Shown: piece by piece, positions 1 through 12,747 of the stretch
Layout of the letters: the number at the start of each line of letters is the position of its first letter
Position numbering within the stretch: the stretch's first letter is position 1
NCBI RefSeq assembly: GCF_001194135.2
Contig: NC_069000.1
Location: forward strand, 29,996,799 to 30,060,798
Length of the DNA stretch: 64,000 nt
From: Octopus bimaculoides
Lineage: Eukaryota
Direction of reading: 5' to 3'
Position numbers and translations under genes: made by a program
Notes under the pieces: model-generated
Database searches by the model: none
The model's input: only the letters and a program-made list of their open reading frames with translations
What the model was told of the DNA's origin: nothing

Positions 1-60
<60 letters not shown>
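1..60. repeat. (AC)n microsatellite
   Basis: Perfect (AC)30, truncated by the window edge. Many other (AC)n, (TA)n, (CAT)n and (CAC)n tracts occur throughout. Confidence 0.99.
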
Positions 61-62
<2 letters not shown>

Positions 63-87
63 TGTCATAGATTAAAATATACACAGA

Positions 88-320
88 CATGGCTGAGTGT
101 TTAAGAAGCTCACATTACAGCCACATGGTTCCAGGTTCTGTATAGAAGCCTGTCATATATGTGTGTATTTTGTGTTTGTCCCCTGCCACTGTTTGACAAG
201 TATTGGTTTGTTTATGTCCTTGTGGCCTAGTGGTTAAGCAAAAGAGACCAATAGAATAAGTACCAGACTTTAAAATAAGTACTGGGGTCAATTTGTTCAA
301 TTAAAACACTTCAAGGTGGT
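88..320 (+). mobile_element. tRNA-derived SINE, family A (GGCTGTGTGGTAAGAAGC head; AATAAGTACCAG...TGGGGTCGAT body)
   Basis: A/B-box-like head and a body shared with copies at ~2893-3120(-), 3805-4150(-), 16790-16980(-), 23700-23850(+), 33420-34090 and 41400-41765(+). Confidence 0.75.
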
Positions 321-1439
321 GGCCCAACTAAAGAACTTCTCCACCCTTATAATTTGCCCTTGATGCTAAACAGCTCCCCCACCCCTAACAGAGAAGCTCC
401 CTTGTTGATTCAGTAGGGATGTTGTTGTTGTGGGCACCAATGCCAATGTCAAATGCATGGGAAAAGAAGTGAGTTGTTGCTATGACAACTACCTCATGCT
501 TAACAACAAAAGACCCACCTCTATAAGACAGTAACCACTGCAAGTGACACTGATGTAGAAGTAATAGCAGACCATTCTTGAAATCCTTCCAACAATAAGA
601 GCATGATGCTATAAAGACAGGTGGGTGGTGATATAAGCCATATTAAATCTCAGTATATGACATTTACTTTATCAGCACTATTTAAAGGGAACACTTCCTA
701 GTTGAAGAAAATGGGATGGTCATAATGGGAATGTCTTTGATCACAGGTATACTCTGATTAGGACTGAGCTGAGGCTAAACAACAACATTATCTAAAGCAA
801 TACTGAACAGTGAGTTGAGTTGAAGCAGAAATGTCAAATTTGAACACATTGACATACTTTTAACACACACACACACACACAACTGTATTGAAACTAAACA
901 TACAAGTATAGAGAAGTAGACAACCATGCAGATACATACACACATGAATACAATATACAGTTAAATACAAATGTAAATACACACAACTACACTTATGCAC
1001 ACACCCACATTTGTCCATCCCATTTATGTATGACTCAAGTCAAAAACGAAGTTACAAATATCACACAGACACATATACAGCTGTTTATTTACAAGTGACG
1101 CATGCATGCACGCGCACACACATACACATACAGATACAATTGTTAATGCATACACAACAGAGACAAAAGAGTTGTTAGTGTGAAAGAGTGAGAGGAAGAA
1201 CAGAAGAGAATAGAACAGCAACAAAGAGTAGTGGAGTAAGAGGGAGAGAGAGATGGGGAGGGAACTATTAGAGAATTATTAAATTAACTAGTTTTGAAAC
1301 AAGAGGTGTACGTAAATGGAGAAAACCACACATACACACACACACACACATATATGTAGAAAGATGAAGACAGATAATAAATATCTGCTTGTCTGAATAA
1401 ATATATATAATAGCTATTGAATATGTGTGTATGCGTGTT

Positions 1440-1745
1440 AGTGTATATGCATGACTTAGTGGTTATGATATTTGGTTATGATATGATAGTTGTAAAGTCG
1501 TGTGTTCAATTCCCAGCAGTGTGTCGTGTCCTTGAGTGAGACATTATTTCTCGTTGCTCCAGTCCACTCAGCTGGCAAAAATGAGTAGTACCTGTTATTC
1601 AAAAGGTCTGCTTTGTCAAGCTGAATCTCCCTGAGAACTATATTAAGGGTACATGTGTTTGAGGAGTGCTCAGCCACTTGCATGTTAATTTTATGAGCAG
1701 GCTGTTCCTTTGAACAGGGGTATACATTGATATCCAGATATTGAA
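1440..1745 (+). mobile_element. tRNA-derived SINE, family B (GTCCTTGAG...GCTCCAGTCCACTCAGCTGG...GAATCTCCCTGAGAACTA)
   Basis: tRNA-like head; related copies at ~9515-9720(-) and 20765-20900(+). Confidence 0.65.
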
Positions 1746-1765
1746 GCAATACTATGTGCTAATGT

Positions 1766-2225
1766 CATCATCATTATCATCATCCATTTTCCATGGAGAC
1801 ATGGTTGGACAGCTTGACAGGAACTGGCCAGGCTAGGAGCTGTACCAAGTTCCATAGTCTGCTTTGGCATGGTTTTTGCAGCTGGATGCTCTTCCTGACG
1901 CCAACCACTTTACAGAGTGAACTGAGTGCTTTTTATGTGGCACCAGTACGGGCAGGATCTGTTTTTGGCATGGTATTTACAGCTGGATACCCTTCTTAAT
2001 GCCAACAACTTTACAGAATGGCCACTCTTTACATATATTACATTATCACCATTTAATGTCCATGTTCCATGCTGGCGTGGGTTGGACGTTTTCAGAAGGA
2101 TCCAGTGGGTCCAGGGACTGCATTGTGCTCCAATGTCTGCTTTGGCGTGGTTTCTATGGCTGGATGTCCTTCTTGACACCAACCACTTTATAATGTGTAC
2201 TGGGTGCTTTAGCATTACTGAGGTT
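1766..2225 (-). mobile_element. Two diverged copies of the RTE-type retroposon 3' end with (GAT)n tail
   Basis: CAGCTGGATGCCCTTCCTAA...CCAACCACT core and (CAT)n tail. Further copies near 17760, 19900-20180, 37455-37690, 55230-55440, 58830-59000 and 62900-63230. Confidence 0.75.
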
Positions 2226-2463
2226 GCCATGCAGCCTGCAAGCTTATTATAAAACCTGAGAGAAGGAGCTTTATAGTAGCAGGTGAAGGTTAAGATATAA
2301 AAGAAGTGATGGGGGGCACAAAGTAGGTTCTAGTTGTAGGTGACCACTTTTAAGGGAGAGAAATGAATCAGTAGTAGCTGTAAGGAGACAAATAGATAGT
2401 GACAATGGGGTGTCCAAGTGATACCTCAAGGTAGGAAGTGAGTAAATATTACATATATACATA

Positions 2464-2880
2464 TATGAGATCTGATCAATAAGTATTTAGACTGTTGCCA
2501 TAGTAACGAAGCTAAAGTACACAGAGTAAAGTCACTTGGCAAAAATTGACCCTGAACTCTGCATGAGCACTAAGTTTTTTAACATTCTAGCTCACTTCCA
2601 TTGTTCACAGCAGTGCTTGGAAAGAAGGTGTGGAGCATGTGATCATTGCATTGACCATGACAGAGAAAGTTGTCATGGCGATACCTGCTCAGAGGCCTAC
2701 GTGGAGTTTCAGAAAGTGTATGGAGAGGAGTATATGAGCCGCACAGACATTTCCAAGATAACAGAAAAAAAATGTCGATATTGACAAATGTTCTGGGAGA
2801 CATGCAACCAGTTGAACTGACAAAAACAGCACAGATGTGCATGCAGCTATGAGGGGAAATTGTCAAATCACCATCCATGA
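2464..2880 (+). mobile_element. mariner transposon 5' fragment (TIR plus degraded HTH region)
   Basis: TA-flanked TATGAGATCTGATCAATAAGT terminus; FQKVYGEEYMSRT and SGRP-like remnants; homologous to 18620-19272. Confidence 0.8.
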
Positions 2881-3122
2881 TTAGTTACAGTTCAGTCTAT
2901 TATTCTTTGTAAGCCTAGTACTTATTCTATCAGTCTCTTTTGCCGAACCGCTAAGTTACGGGGACGTAAACACACCAGCATCGGTTGTCAAGTGATGTTN
3001 NNNNNNNNNTTCCGTCTACCAAATCCACTCACAAGGCTGTGGTTGGCCCAAGGCAAAAGTAGTGGGACAGAACCCAGAACCATGTGGTTGGTAAGCAAGC
3101 TACTTACCACAAAAGCCACTCC

Positions 3123-3156
<34 letters not shown>

Positions 3157-4189
3157 TATATACATGTACATATATATGCACACACACACACACACACATA
3201 TATTATACAGATAGGGCTATAATCAAGTGGTGTCCTCTTGAAATACATCTGCTTATATCAGTATTCCATTTCCATATGTAAATGTCATACTTGTGTGAGG
3301 CATGCTTAAGAGTTGAAAATACTAGAAAATATTTTCTGCAGAATAATATCAAACCAGGAGATTGGAAAATATTTTGGTATTATTTTTACACACACACACA
3401 CAACTACCATCACCACTGCAACCGCTGCCACCACCACCACCACCACCACCACCACCACCATACATCTATGTAATAAATGAAAACCAATATAGTAAGCTAT
3501 CTCTCAATATCACTGTTAGTATGTATAAACATACATCTATCAATCTACACTAACTGATGAAGACTGATTCAACATAATGCAAAATGCTGTCTGATTCAGG
3601 CATCATAATGTAGTTTGAATGAAGTATTGTGTGAAACAGTTGTTAAATTTGTTTTAAAAGCCAAGACAAAAGAATAGTTTACACTTCACCTTGTTTTTCC
3701 AATATTTCAGGGATAAAACATCTTTATCAAGAGAAAATAGAGAGCAGTGGCAAACTGGTGTTGTTGTATTTACCAAACTGGTTCATGTAGTTCATCTTTT
3801 ATCTTTCATTTGTTTCAGTCATTAGACTGTGGCCATGCTGGGGCATTACCTTTAAGAAATTTTAGTTGAATGAATTGATCATAGTAATTTTTTTTAAAGC
3901 CTGGTACTTATTCTATCGGTCACTTTTACCAAGTTGCTAAGTTACAGGGGTGTAAACACACCAACACTGGTTGTCAAGCAGTGGTGGGAGACAAACACAT
4001 AAACAAAGACACACAATAGACTTCTTTCCGTTTCAATCTACCAAATCCACTCACCAGGCTTTGGTCAGCCCGAGTCTATTGGAGAAGACATTTGCCCAAG
4101 GTGCCACACAGTGGAACTAAACCTGGAGCCCTGTGGTTGGGAAGCAAGCTTCTTATTACACAGCCACACCTGCTTATTGTTAATAAATT

Positions 4190-4560
4190 GATTCAGTTTA
4201 TGAGTGAGGCCAATCTCCTTAATTCTTAAATTACTGACATTGTGTTCTGCTGCTTTGATTTTAAGTATGATATCTTGGGTTGGCATTTCTCCATGTGTTT
4301 TTTTTTTTTTTTAACTGATGTCTTTCTGAAGACATGTTCTTCGATGTGAATATCCAAGCTATTTAGTACACTATAAAGGTTCTCAAACATATTCATCTGT
4401 ATGTTTGATCCCTCACTGCAGATCATCCAACAGATTGTAGTAGTGGGTCTGTCACCAAAATATGGCAGTCTTAGAAAAAAAAATGCCATCTTGGAAGGAG
4501 TGAACTGTCCTTGGGGATATACTGACAAAAGATGGAATGTGTTTGGTGACAGATGGTATG
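4190..4560 (-). mobile_element. Possible degraded Penelope-like RT-end/GIY-YIG fragment
   Basis: Peptides FLRLPYFG, LDIHIEEHV and NLRIKEIG..KLNQ resemble PLE C-terminal motifs (by eye only). Confidence 0.4.
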
Positions 4561-4817
4561 TTACCTTTGCCTGGTGGAACTATTTTTAACCATTTGGTGT
4601 TGACAGAACATTCAACACCAACCCTGAAGTAGAATATAGGGGAATTTTGTACAATGTTGTTGTTTTAAATAGTCTAAATATATCTCTATTGTTTGTTCAA
4701 ATTTTGCTTTAACAAAAAAAAATGAATGAAAATAGTTCAGAAAAATATATAGTTTACTAATACTTTAAGCCCCAAATTATTTTTTGGGAGCCTCTATGAA
4801 TATATGAATACACTCAC

Positions 4818-4887
4818 CTTAGTGTTGGTCACATTAATTGTATCACCAGAGATTTCTACAATGTCACGAGAACCAAGTTCCAATTCT
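4818..4887 (-). CDS. STARD9: Kinesin-3 coding exon 2 ([23 protein letters not shown])
   Basis: Acceptor tctctatttacag|, 70 nt, donor |gtgagtg. Phase 2 joins exon 1 (CG+A = Arg) in frame. Confidence 0.88.
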
Positions 4888-5938
4888 CTGTAAATAGAGA
4901 AAACACAATAATAATAATTATATAATACAGTCATACTAAACAGAAAAACAGAAACCAACTTGAGAAATAGTAGTCATACAACCTATCAGAAACATCAGCC
5001 AATTATCTCTCTCTATTTAAAATTCTTTGTCTGTTCCCTATGCATTTTTAAATGGCTCCACCAAATCAAATCAAATTTTACAAGGTAATAGTATTACACC
5101 CCACAAGTGTCAACATGTAATTTTTATTTTCATTTTGACTGAAACAATATAACATTTTTCTTGAAAATAATCTTTCTATAGTCAACTATAGTAATTCCTC
5201 TCCACAAGATTTCTAGTTCATGTATAATCAATGCTTGATTCATAGGCTTTCTTCAATTCATTTTGCAGTCAAGTCAGCTGTACTGAAATAATTTCAGTGC
5301 TCACATTACTAATAAGTGTTTCTGGAACTTCTACTGCTTCTTTGATTATTCTACGTGTCTACTGTGGTTCTCTATCAATTATGGAAGTTTCATTCCATTA
5401 TTTTATTTCAACTATATTTATTTAATCATTCCTGACTTAAGTCTCTCCTCTTTCTGGGGTTTTCAGTGTTCCTCTATTTTGACTTTTAGAGACTTCCCAG
5501 TTTCTTATTTACAAGATGGTTTAGATGCATTTCATATGTGTTTGGTAATTTTAAATTTGTTGAGAAATCTGAAACATGGTGTTACTTTTGGATATAATTC
5601 CAATTATATCCAAAAGTAACACCATGTTGTATGTGTCACAGATTACCTGAATTTTTTGCAGACCAGAGTAAAAACAATAGAATTTGGTTTTATCTTTGTT
5701 TTGTACTTGAGATGACAGGGATATATATGATTGGCTGCCCTTCATATAAGGGAAGAAGAGCATCTCTAACATGCATTTATGGAAGGGCTTATAAAGGAAA
5801 AATAGAGAGGTGACAGTAAGTTAGAACAGAGACACATTGTAATGAATTAAGAAGCTTGCCATCCTTCCTTCAGGTATGTGTGAAACCAGGGAATGATGTT
5901 ACTTGTATGGTTTTGTAATATAAACACAAACATATACT

Positions 5939-6003
<65 letters not shown>

Positions 6004-9000
6004 CGTGTGTGTAATAACTGAAAGATGCAGGATTCCAAGAGTGCTTTGTATTTTTGTGTCTCTACTGCTGACTCTGGAGCATGCAATGTTCAGCTGGCCG
6101 TGGGAAAAGCAAGGTTCTTCCTAGAGAAGTCCAGCCACAGAAAGAGTCTGGCCCTGGGACTTGTTGACAGACATGGCGAAGCTGGGCTGGAGCAGGAATT
6201 GCAGTCTTCTGAAGGCGAAAGGTATGTCTGATCCCGAGGGAGTAAGGGGAATCCTGGGAATGAATACATCTTCACCTTTTCTGCATCCGGACAGGATGGT
6301 TGCCTCAACAACATGCTTCATCAATTTTTTTACAACCGAGTTTTTGCGAAAACCGAACATTAATCGAAACAGTTGTTATGACTAAAATATGCCGTGGAAC
6401 ATACCTAATGCACATCTGAAATTTCAATTGAATCGGTCTGGTGGTTCAGTGGTTTGGCGCGGCTTCACCTGAAAGCACTTATACACGCAAACCGTAAACA
6501 GCACAAAAGTATAACTTTTTGAAAGGTAGCACGGGTATTGATTTGATTCAAAAGGTTACCAAGGTCATTGCTTTAACGATGTCACACCCCAAACCGTCTT
6601 TTCTCAAGTGTTAGTGAAATGGATGAAGGAAGTAGTAAGTACTTACCAGTAGCTTGTGCAGTGCAGAGGCTGTCATTGCTTTAACTATCTCATGCTACAC
6701 ACAGAAATCGCTTTCATTTATTGCAATGGAAAACCTCAGTGCCAAATGTTTACTGTAATTGGCAGTGGTTATTTTAAGGTCACATGGGGTCACAATGTGT
6801 GTGTATACCATGGTGGAGATTAATTGTTTATACATCAGAGAAGGAATGGGGGTCAGTCGTCGTCGTTTAACGTACGCTTTCCATGCTAGCATGGGTTGGA
6901 CAATTTGACTGAGGACTGGTGAAACCAGATGGCTACACCAGGCTCCAATCTGATTTGGCAGAGTTTCTACAGCTGGATGCCCTTCCTAACACCAACCACT
7001 CAGAGAGTGTAGTGGGTGCTTTTACGTGCCACCGGCACGAAGGCCAGTCAGGCGGTACTGGCAACGGCCACGCTCAAAATGGTGTATTTTATGTACCACC
7101 CGCACAAGAGCCAGTCCAGGGGCACTGGCAACAATCTCTCTCGAAAGTCCTTACACACAAGTGCCAGAAAGACGATGCTGGGCACAGGTGACTTCACGAT
7201 TTCACTTTCGCTTGCCCCAATAAGTCTTTGCAAGCTTAGTTTCGTGTCCATTGAAGGAGATGACGTTGGCATGGGTGCCAGTCGTCGAATTTCACTCGAT
7301 TTTGATTTCACTTGCCTCAACAGGTCTTGAGAAAAACAAATTAGGAGCTACCTCAACAAAGGCATTTTGTTCAAATGTGAGTTTGTCGAATTGTGCTCAA
7401 ACAAAGCACAATTTAATGAAATGAACCATGGCATAAGACTTGTTGGGTGAAAAAGCATTCATTTACTGAGTTTGGTTTAAATCGGCTCATTGGTTCCAGC
7501 ACTATGGCCTGCCTGAAAGGCATTTTTTGAGTCGACTTTACCTGTGTTGTACTCAAACATAACGGAATTTGAAAAAAATAATAACGAAACGCAAAACCTG
7601 GGGTAAGAATGCATAGGTATGTCAAGTTTGATCAAAATCAGACGACTTTTTGAAAAAAATCGATAATTATCGATCGAGTTTTTGCGAAAACCGAACATTG
7701 ATGGAAGCAGTTGTTATGACTAAAACATACCTTGGAACATACCAAATGCATGTCTGAAATTTCAATCAAATCGGTTTCGTGGAACTCGAGTCATAAACCT
7801 TCGATCTTGCGCACACGTGCACACACACACACAGCGTTTCTGTTTTATATATATAGATGACAAACTTTTAATTTATTGATCTAAAACAAATAATGAAATC
7901 TAAAATAAAGAACAAAAAGTTTACAATAATAAAAATATTGTATACTTTCATTTTTGACTGCCAACATCCTTTTATGTTCTATGAATTAGGAGCAGTCGTG
8001 TATTGGATTGGTTAAATAAATTACATTCCTTGCCCCAAAACTGTACCACCTTGTGGCTAAGTTAAATATCATGAGCTATAATATCATTCTACTTGTCTCT
8101 TCTCATCTTCCTCCTTTCCATCATAAATGTGTTCTAATAGTATAGAAAAATTACTTTGTAAAAAGACAAATCAGATATTTGAATTAAAGTTATGCAGACT
8201 AACAAGCAAAAGAAACAAAAAAATATTGTTAGGAAAATAATTGTGTACATTTAGTCTTTTGATTTAGTTACATAAAATTGCCACCTAAAAGTGAAAGTGG
8301 GTGAAACAAAATGGGCTGCATGGTGAAAAGAAACTTCGGTTTTTTTCATGAGAAGTGTACATCACATCTAATATTTTGGTACTGATTTGAAACCATCCCT
8401 TAGAATTAGCATCTCTAATCAAGTTTTTCTGGGAAAACATTTTCAAATTTTAGCCATGGTATAACTTGTATAGTAATTTTAACTGTTGCATAAAAGTCAG
8501 CAGCAGTGATATATTGTCCTTGTGCCAATTATTATAGCCGCATTGAACTATTCTAAAACTGGGATGATCTAAAAATTAAGGAAGTTAATAAACTTAGCCA
8601 AACTCCCAGGATGTGAGTTGTGATGTTAAATAGGATGTGAAAGATGAATGATGACATGATGCTGGGTGTGTTGAAGTGGATGAAGGTGTGACAAGAGACA
8701 GGAGAGCATACACACAAACAATTTATACATTTGTTTTACATCCATTTCTTCCTGCTAGTATGAGTTAGATAGATGAATACATATTAAGGCATTCACTAAT
8801 TTCAAGTAAAAGATTTTTAAACGGTGGTGCATCAGCATGGCCACAACTCTGAGCTGAAACAAAAAAAAAAAAAAATTCCGTCTTTGAAAGTAGAGAGCCG
8901 GATTATAATTTATTGGCAGGAAGGTCATCATGTGTCGCTTTAAGTGAGAGAAAGCACTTATCACATGATACATCAATTATGAAAAACAACAAACAATAAA

Positions 9001-12000
9001 CTATGAGACTGTAAAATTAACTAAAGTTAACAGCAATAGTATAAACTCCTATTTGGAATTAGATTTTACACAATCTAACAGAATAATGAAGTCATAAAGT
9101 TGTTCAGGTGGTTTCATAGTTTTCTTTGAACAATGAAGTTCATCAATAGAAGCAAGGCTATCACAATAGACTCTGGACTCCAAAGTTGGAAGGTTAAGCA
9201 CCACATCAACACAGGCACTTTCAACTCACTCAAAGCTTATATTATGTCCCCCATTCAGGCCCTGCATTGATGGCTACAACCAGTACTTTTTCACAAATTG
9301 TTATTCCTGGAGAATTCTCTTGTTGTACATGTTCTTCTTGCAGCTGTCAGCTTGCAACAGTTTAAGCACCAATCTCACAAGGTGATGTGAGTGTGGATGT
9401 ACGTATACATATGTATATATGTGTATATGCACATGTGTATGTGTGCATGCCTGCAGGGAAAATGAATGTTAGGTGATGATAATGATGACAAGTAAATGAT
9501 TGCATAAAAAAAACAACAAAGACTGGCGTTTCATCAGTTGCAACGAGGGTTCCAGTTGATCCGATCAATGGAACAGCCTGCTCATGAAATTAAAGTGCAA
9601 ATGGATGAGTACTCCATAGACATGCATTCCTTTAATGTAGTTCTCAGGGAGATTCAGCTTGTCACAGAATGTGACAAGGCTGGTCCTTTGAAACACAAGT
9701 ACAACCCGTTTTTGCCAAGGTGTATAAAGTATGTAAGAAAAAGTTAAAAATCATGGGTAAGTCTGTCTATCTTGGTAGTACGCTACATTTAACACTCTTG
9801 ACAAGGAGACCAGTTATAAACTTCCTAAGGCCTGTGATGCATTTGGAAAGCTTGAATTAAGGCTCTGGTTACAATCTGACAGCAGCAACAAAAGTTAAGA
9901 TCTATCAAACATGTGTCTCAACATGCACTGTTGTATGAATGTGAGACTGGGACAACCTGCCACAGGTATATCCAACATCTTGAGCAATTCCATCAGCGAT
10001 GCTTGCATAAGATACTGAAGATCTTATGTACCTGATACACAAGTGAGCAAAAGTGATAAATATCAGGTCCATAATTATGAAACTTAGGTGGTCTGGTCAG
10101 CTTGTCTGTTCATGGGACACCTGCATGCCAAAACAGGTATTGCATGGTGAACAGGTGCAAGGAAAACAGCCCCAATGCAAGCCACATAAGCGTTTTAGTG
10201 ACAATGTTAAAGACACAAAAAGATCAATGTTGATACTAATACCTTGGAAAATCTTGTGACAGACAGGAAGCTGTAGATGAATTTCATTGTTACCATTGTT
10301 AAAGAATATGAGAACAGGAGGGTTGTATACACCGAATTCAAACATACTGGTAAATATATGGAGGAGGTGAACCCTCTCCTTGAGAAGGGCATGAAAGAGT
10401 CTTTTACATGTGACTAGTGTAGTTGTGTCTGCTTCTCAAAGGTAGGTCTACTCAGCTAAAAGTGTGGTCATGGAGGCGCTTCCATCTACTAATGTGATAT
10501 TCAGCATGATCACTTGAGCACCTTGTGTAGCAGAGGGTGTGGGTTGGTCAGTGGACTCACTTGGCATTGTTGGTCCTAATATTCAAATGGTCAAGTTGTT
10601 GCTGGATTGTGGTTGGTGTGGAATGATTTGAAGGTCCCTTACAAGCCTTAGGAGCAATAGATGTCATTAGCAACAGGGGAAACCAAACATGAAATGTCTC
10701 TTAGAGTGAAATGGGTCTAAGAAATGGTTTTACACACACACACACACACACATGTATACAAACACACACACACACACATGTATATAAATACACACACACG
10801 CACACACACACATGTATACAAATACACACACACACACAAAATTAATTCATGTTAACTCAGACCTATTTCGGCACATTCCTGCTTGTTTTAGTGACATCAC
10901 AAAGAGATTTTAAAAACTGTTTACAACATTTTGACACAGTAGAACTGTTTTTCTTCTAAGAAATGAAGAGCCCATGCTGAGCTGTTTTAAATTTCTGCTA
11001 AAGTATGATACTTCATTGTATCATACTACAGACACTATTGGTTATTGATATACCTTCCCAAAATGTCCTACCGCCTTCCAATTGAGAGATTGTTTAACAA
11101 CAACAAGGCATTCTTTACTGTCGTGAAAAGTTTTTGGTTCATACCAAAGACAAGTTTCATCTTGCATTGAAGTTGATTTCAACATAACAATTATGGTCAT
11201 TCATAACAACACTATCCATAACACTATTCATGAACTGCAAAACGAGCATCCCTGCAATGTAAAGTTTCTTGTAACTTCATGATAAAAAGCAAAGTTATAC
11301 CAAATACCCTTTTGACCATCTTTATTTATTCCTTAGCAAAAAACATCCTCTAACAACCAACCTATACTCTGTGAAGAGTATAAGAAATTTACAACATTTT
11401 GAGATTTGTCTTAGAGGACTGACAAAGTCATTAATAAGTTGTTTGGGGCTTAGAGATGAACATGCAAATATATAAGGCACTCCCTTTACTATAATTAGCA
11501 AAAAAAAGAAAAGAAAGTAAAGAAAAACAGTCCCTTTTCAATTTTGAGAATTCCCCAGTCACAACCTGAAAACATACTGTTCCCTTGCACCAAATGGACA
11601 GAATTTCTTCTGGAAACCCTAATTATTGTCCAGGCTGTGGTTTCGATGGATATAGTTAATGCAATGACTCTTTCTGCTACAATGTAAAGCCATCTTAAGC
11701 CGCCTCATGCAATTTAAGGCCAACGAGTTTCATAATAGCTAACTAGCTGTTTCATCTCTGTAAGCTTTAAAAAAAAATTAATCCATTTATCGCTCTCATC
11801 TGGCTTCATATCTAAACTACCATTTCAAAATGGGTAATGAATTTCTCAAAGGCCTCTTTAGAATCGTGCTTTAACATGTGGAGAGGGAGTGCTGGTCCTT
11901 ACTGAAGACATACTTGATTACAAAATGCTTCTGAAACGTGAACGTTGCTGTAATTCGCAATTTCAAGGAGTCAGACATATTTCACACTCGAAAAGTTCGC

Positions 12001-12235
12001 AAACTAACAATCATTTTATCCATTGTCTGTATACTAAATGGTAAAGCACGCATGGCACTGGATGTCTTATGTGTAAGGGAAGGTATATGTGTTTACATAC
12101 ACAGCTGTATGTGTACACATGCATGTATACATACATTTTTGCATACATATATACATAAATATATACACATACATGGGTTTATCTGTAATTATAAATGTAT
12201 ATATAAAGATACGTGCATATAATATACATGTAAAT

Positions 12236-12302
<67 letters not shown>

Positions 12303-12702
12303 NNNNNNNNNNNNNNNNNNNNNNNNNNNNNNNNNNNNNNNNNNNNNNNNNNNNNNNNNNNNNNNNNNNNNNNNNNNNNNNNNNNNNNNNNNNNNNNNNN
12401 NNNNNNNNNNNNNNNNNNNNNNNNNNNNNNNNNNNNNNNNNNNNNNNNNNNNNNNNNNNNNNNNNNNNNNNNNNNNNNNNNNNNNNNNNNNNNNNNNNNN
12501 NNNNNNNNNNNNNNNNNNNNNNNNNNNNNNNNNNNNNNNNNNNNNNNNNNNNNNNNNNNNNNNNNNNNNNNNNNNNNNNNNNNNNNNNNNNNNNNNNNNN
12601 NNNNNNNNNNNNNNNNNNNNNNNNNNNNNNNNNNNNNNNNNNNNNNNNNNNNNNNNNNNNNNNNNNNNNNNNNNNNNNNNNNNNNNNNNNNNNNNNNNNN
12701 NN

Positions 12703-12747
<45 letters not shown>

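Noticed and set aside
88-150. tRNA-like A/B boxes here and at other SINE heads
   Set aside because: No cloverleaf or acceptor stem. These are SINE heads, not tRNA genes.
1024-1224. FVFDLS peptide as a possible kinesin exon 3 (F.FD motif)
   Set aside because: No suitable splice sites, an immediate stop, and microsatellite context. Exon 3 is probably outside the window.
6919-7330. Recurrent MKPDG...LQLDALP ORFs (also 18089-18364, 25379-25747)
   Set aside because: Antisense readings of the LINE 3' UTR repeat, not a gene family.
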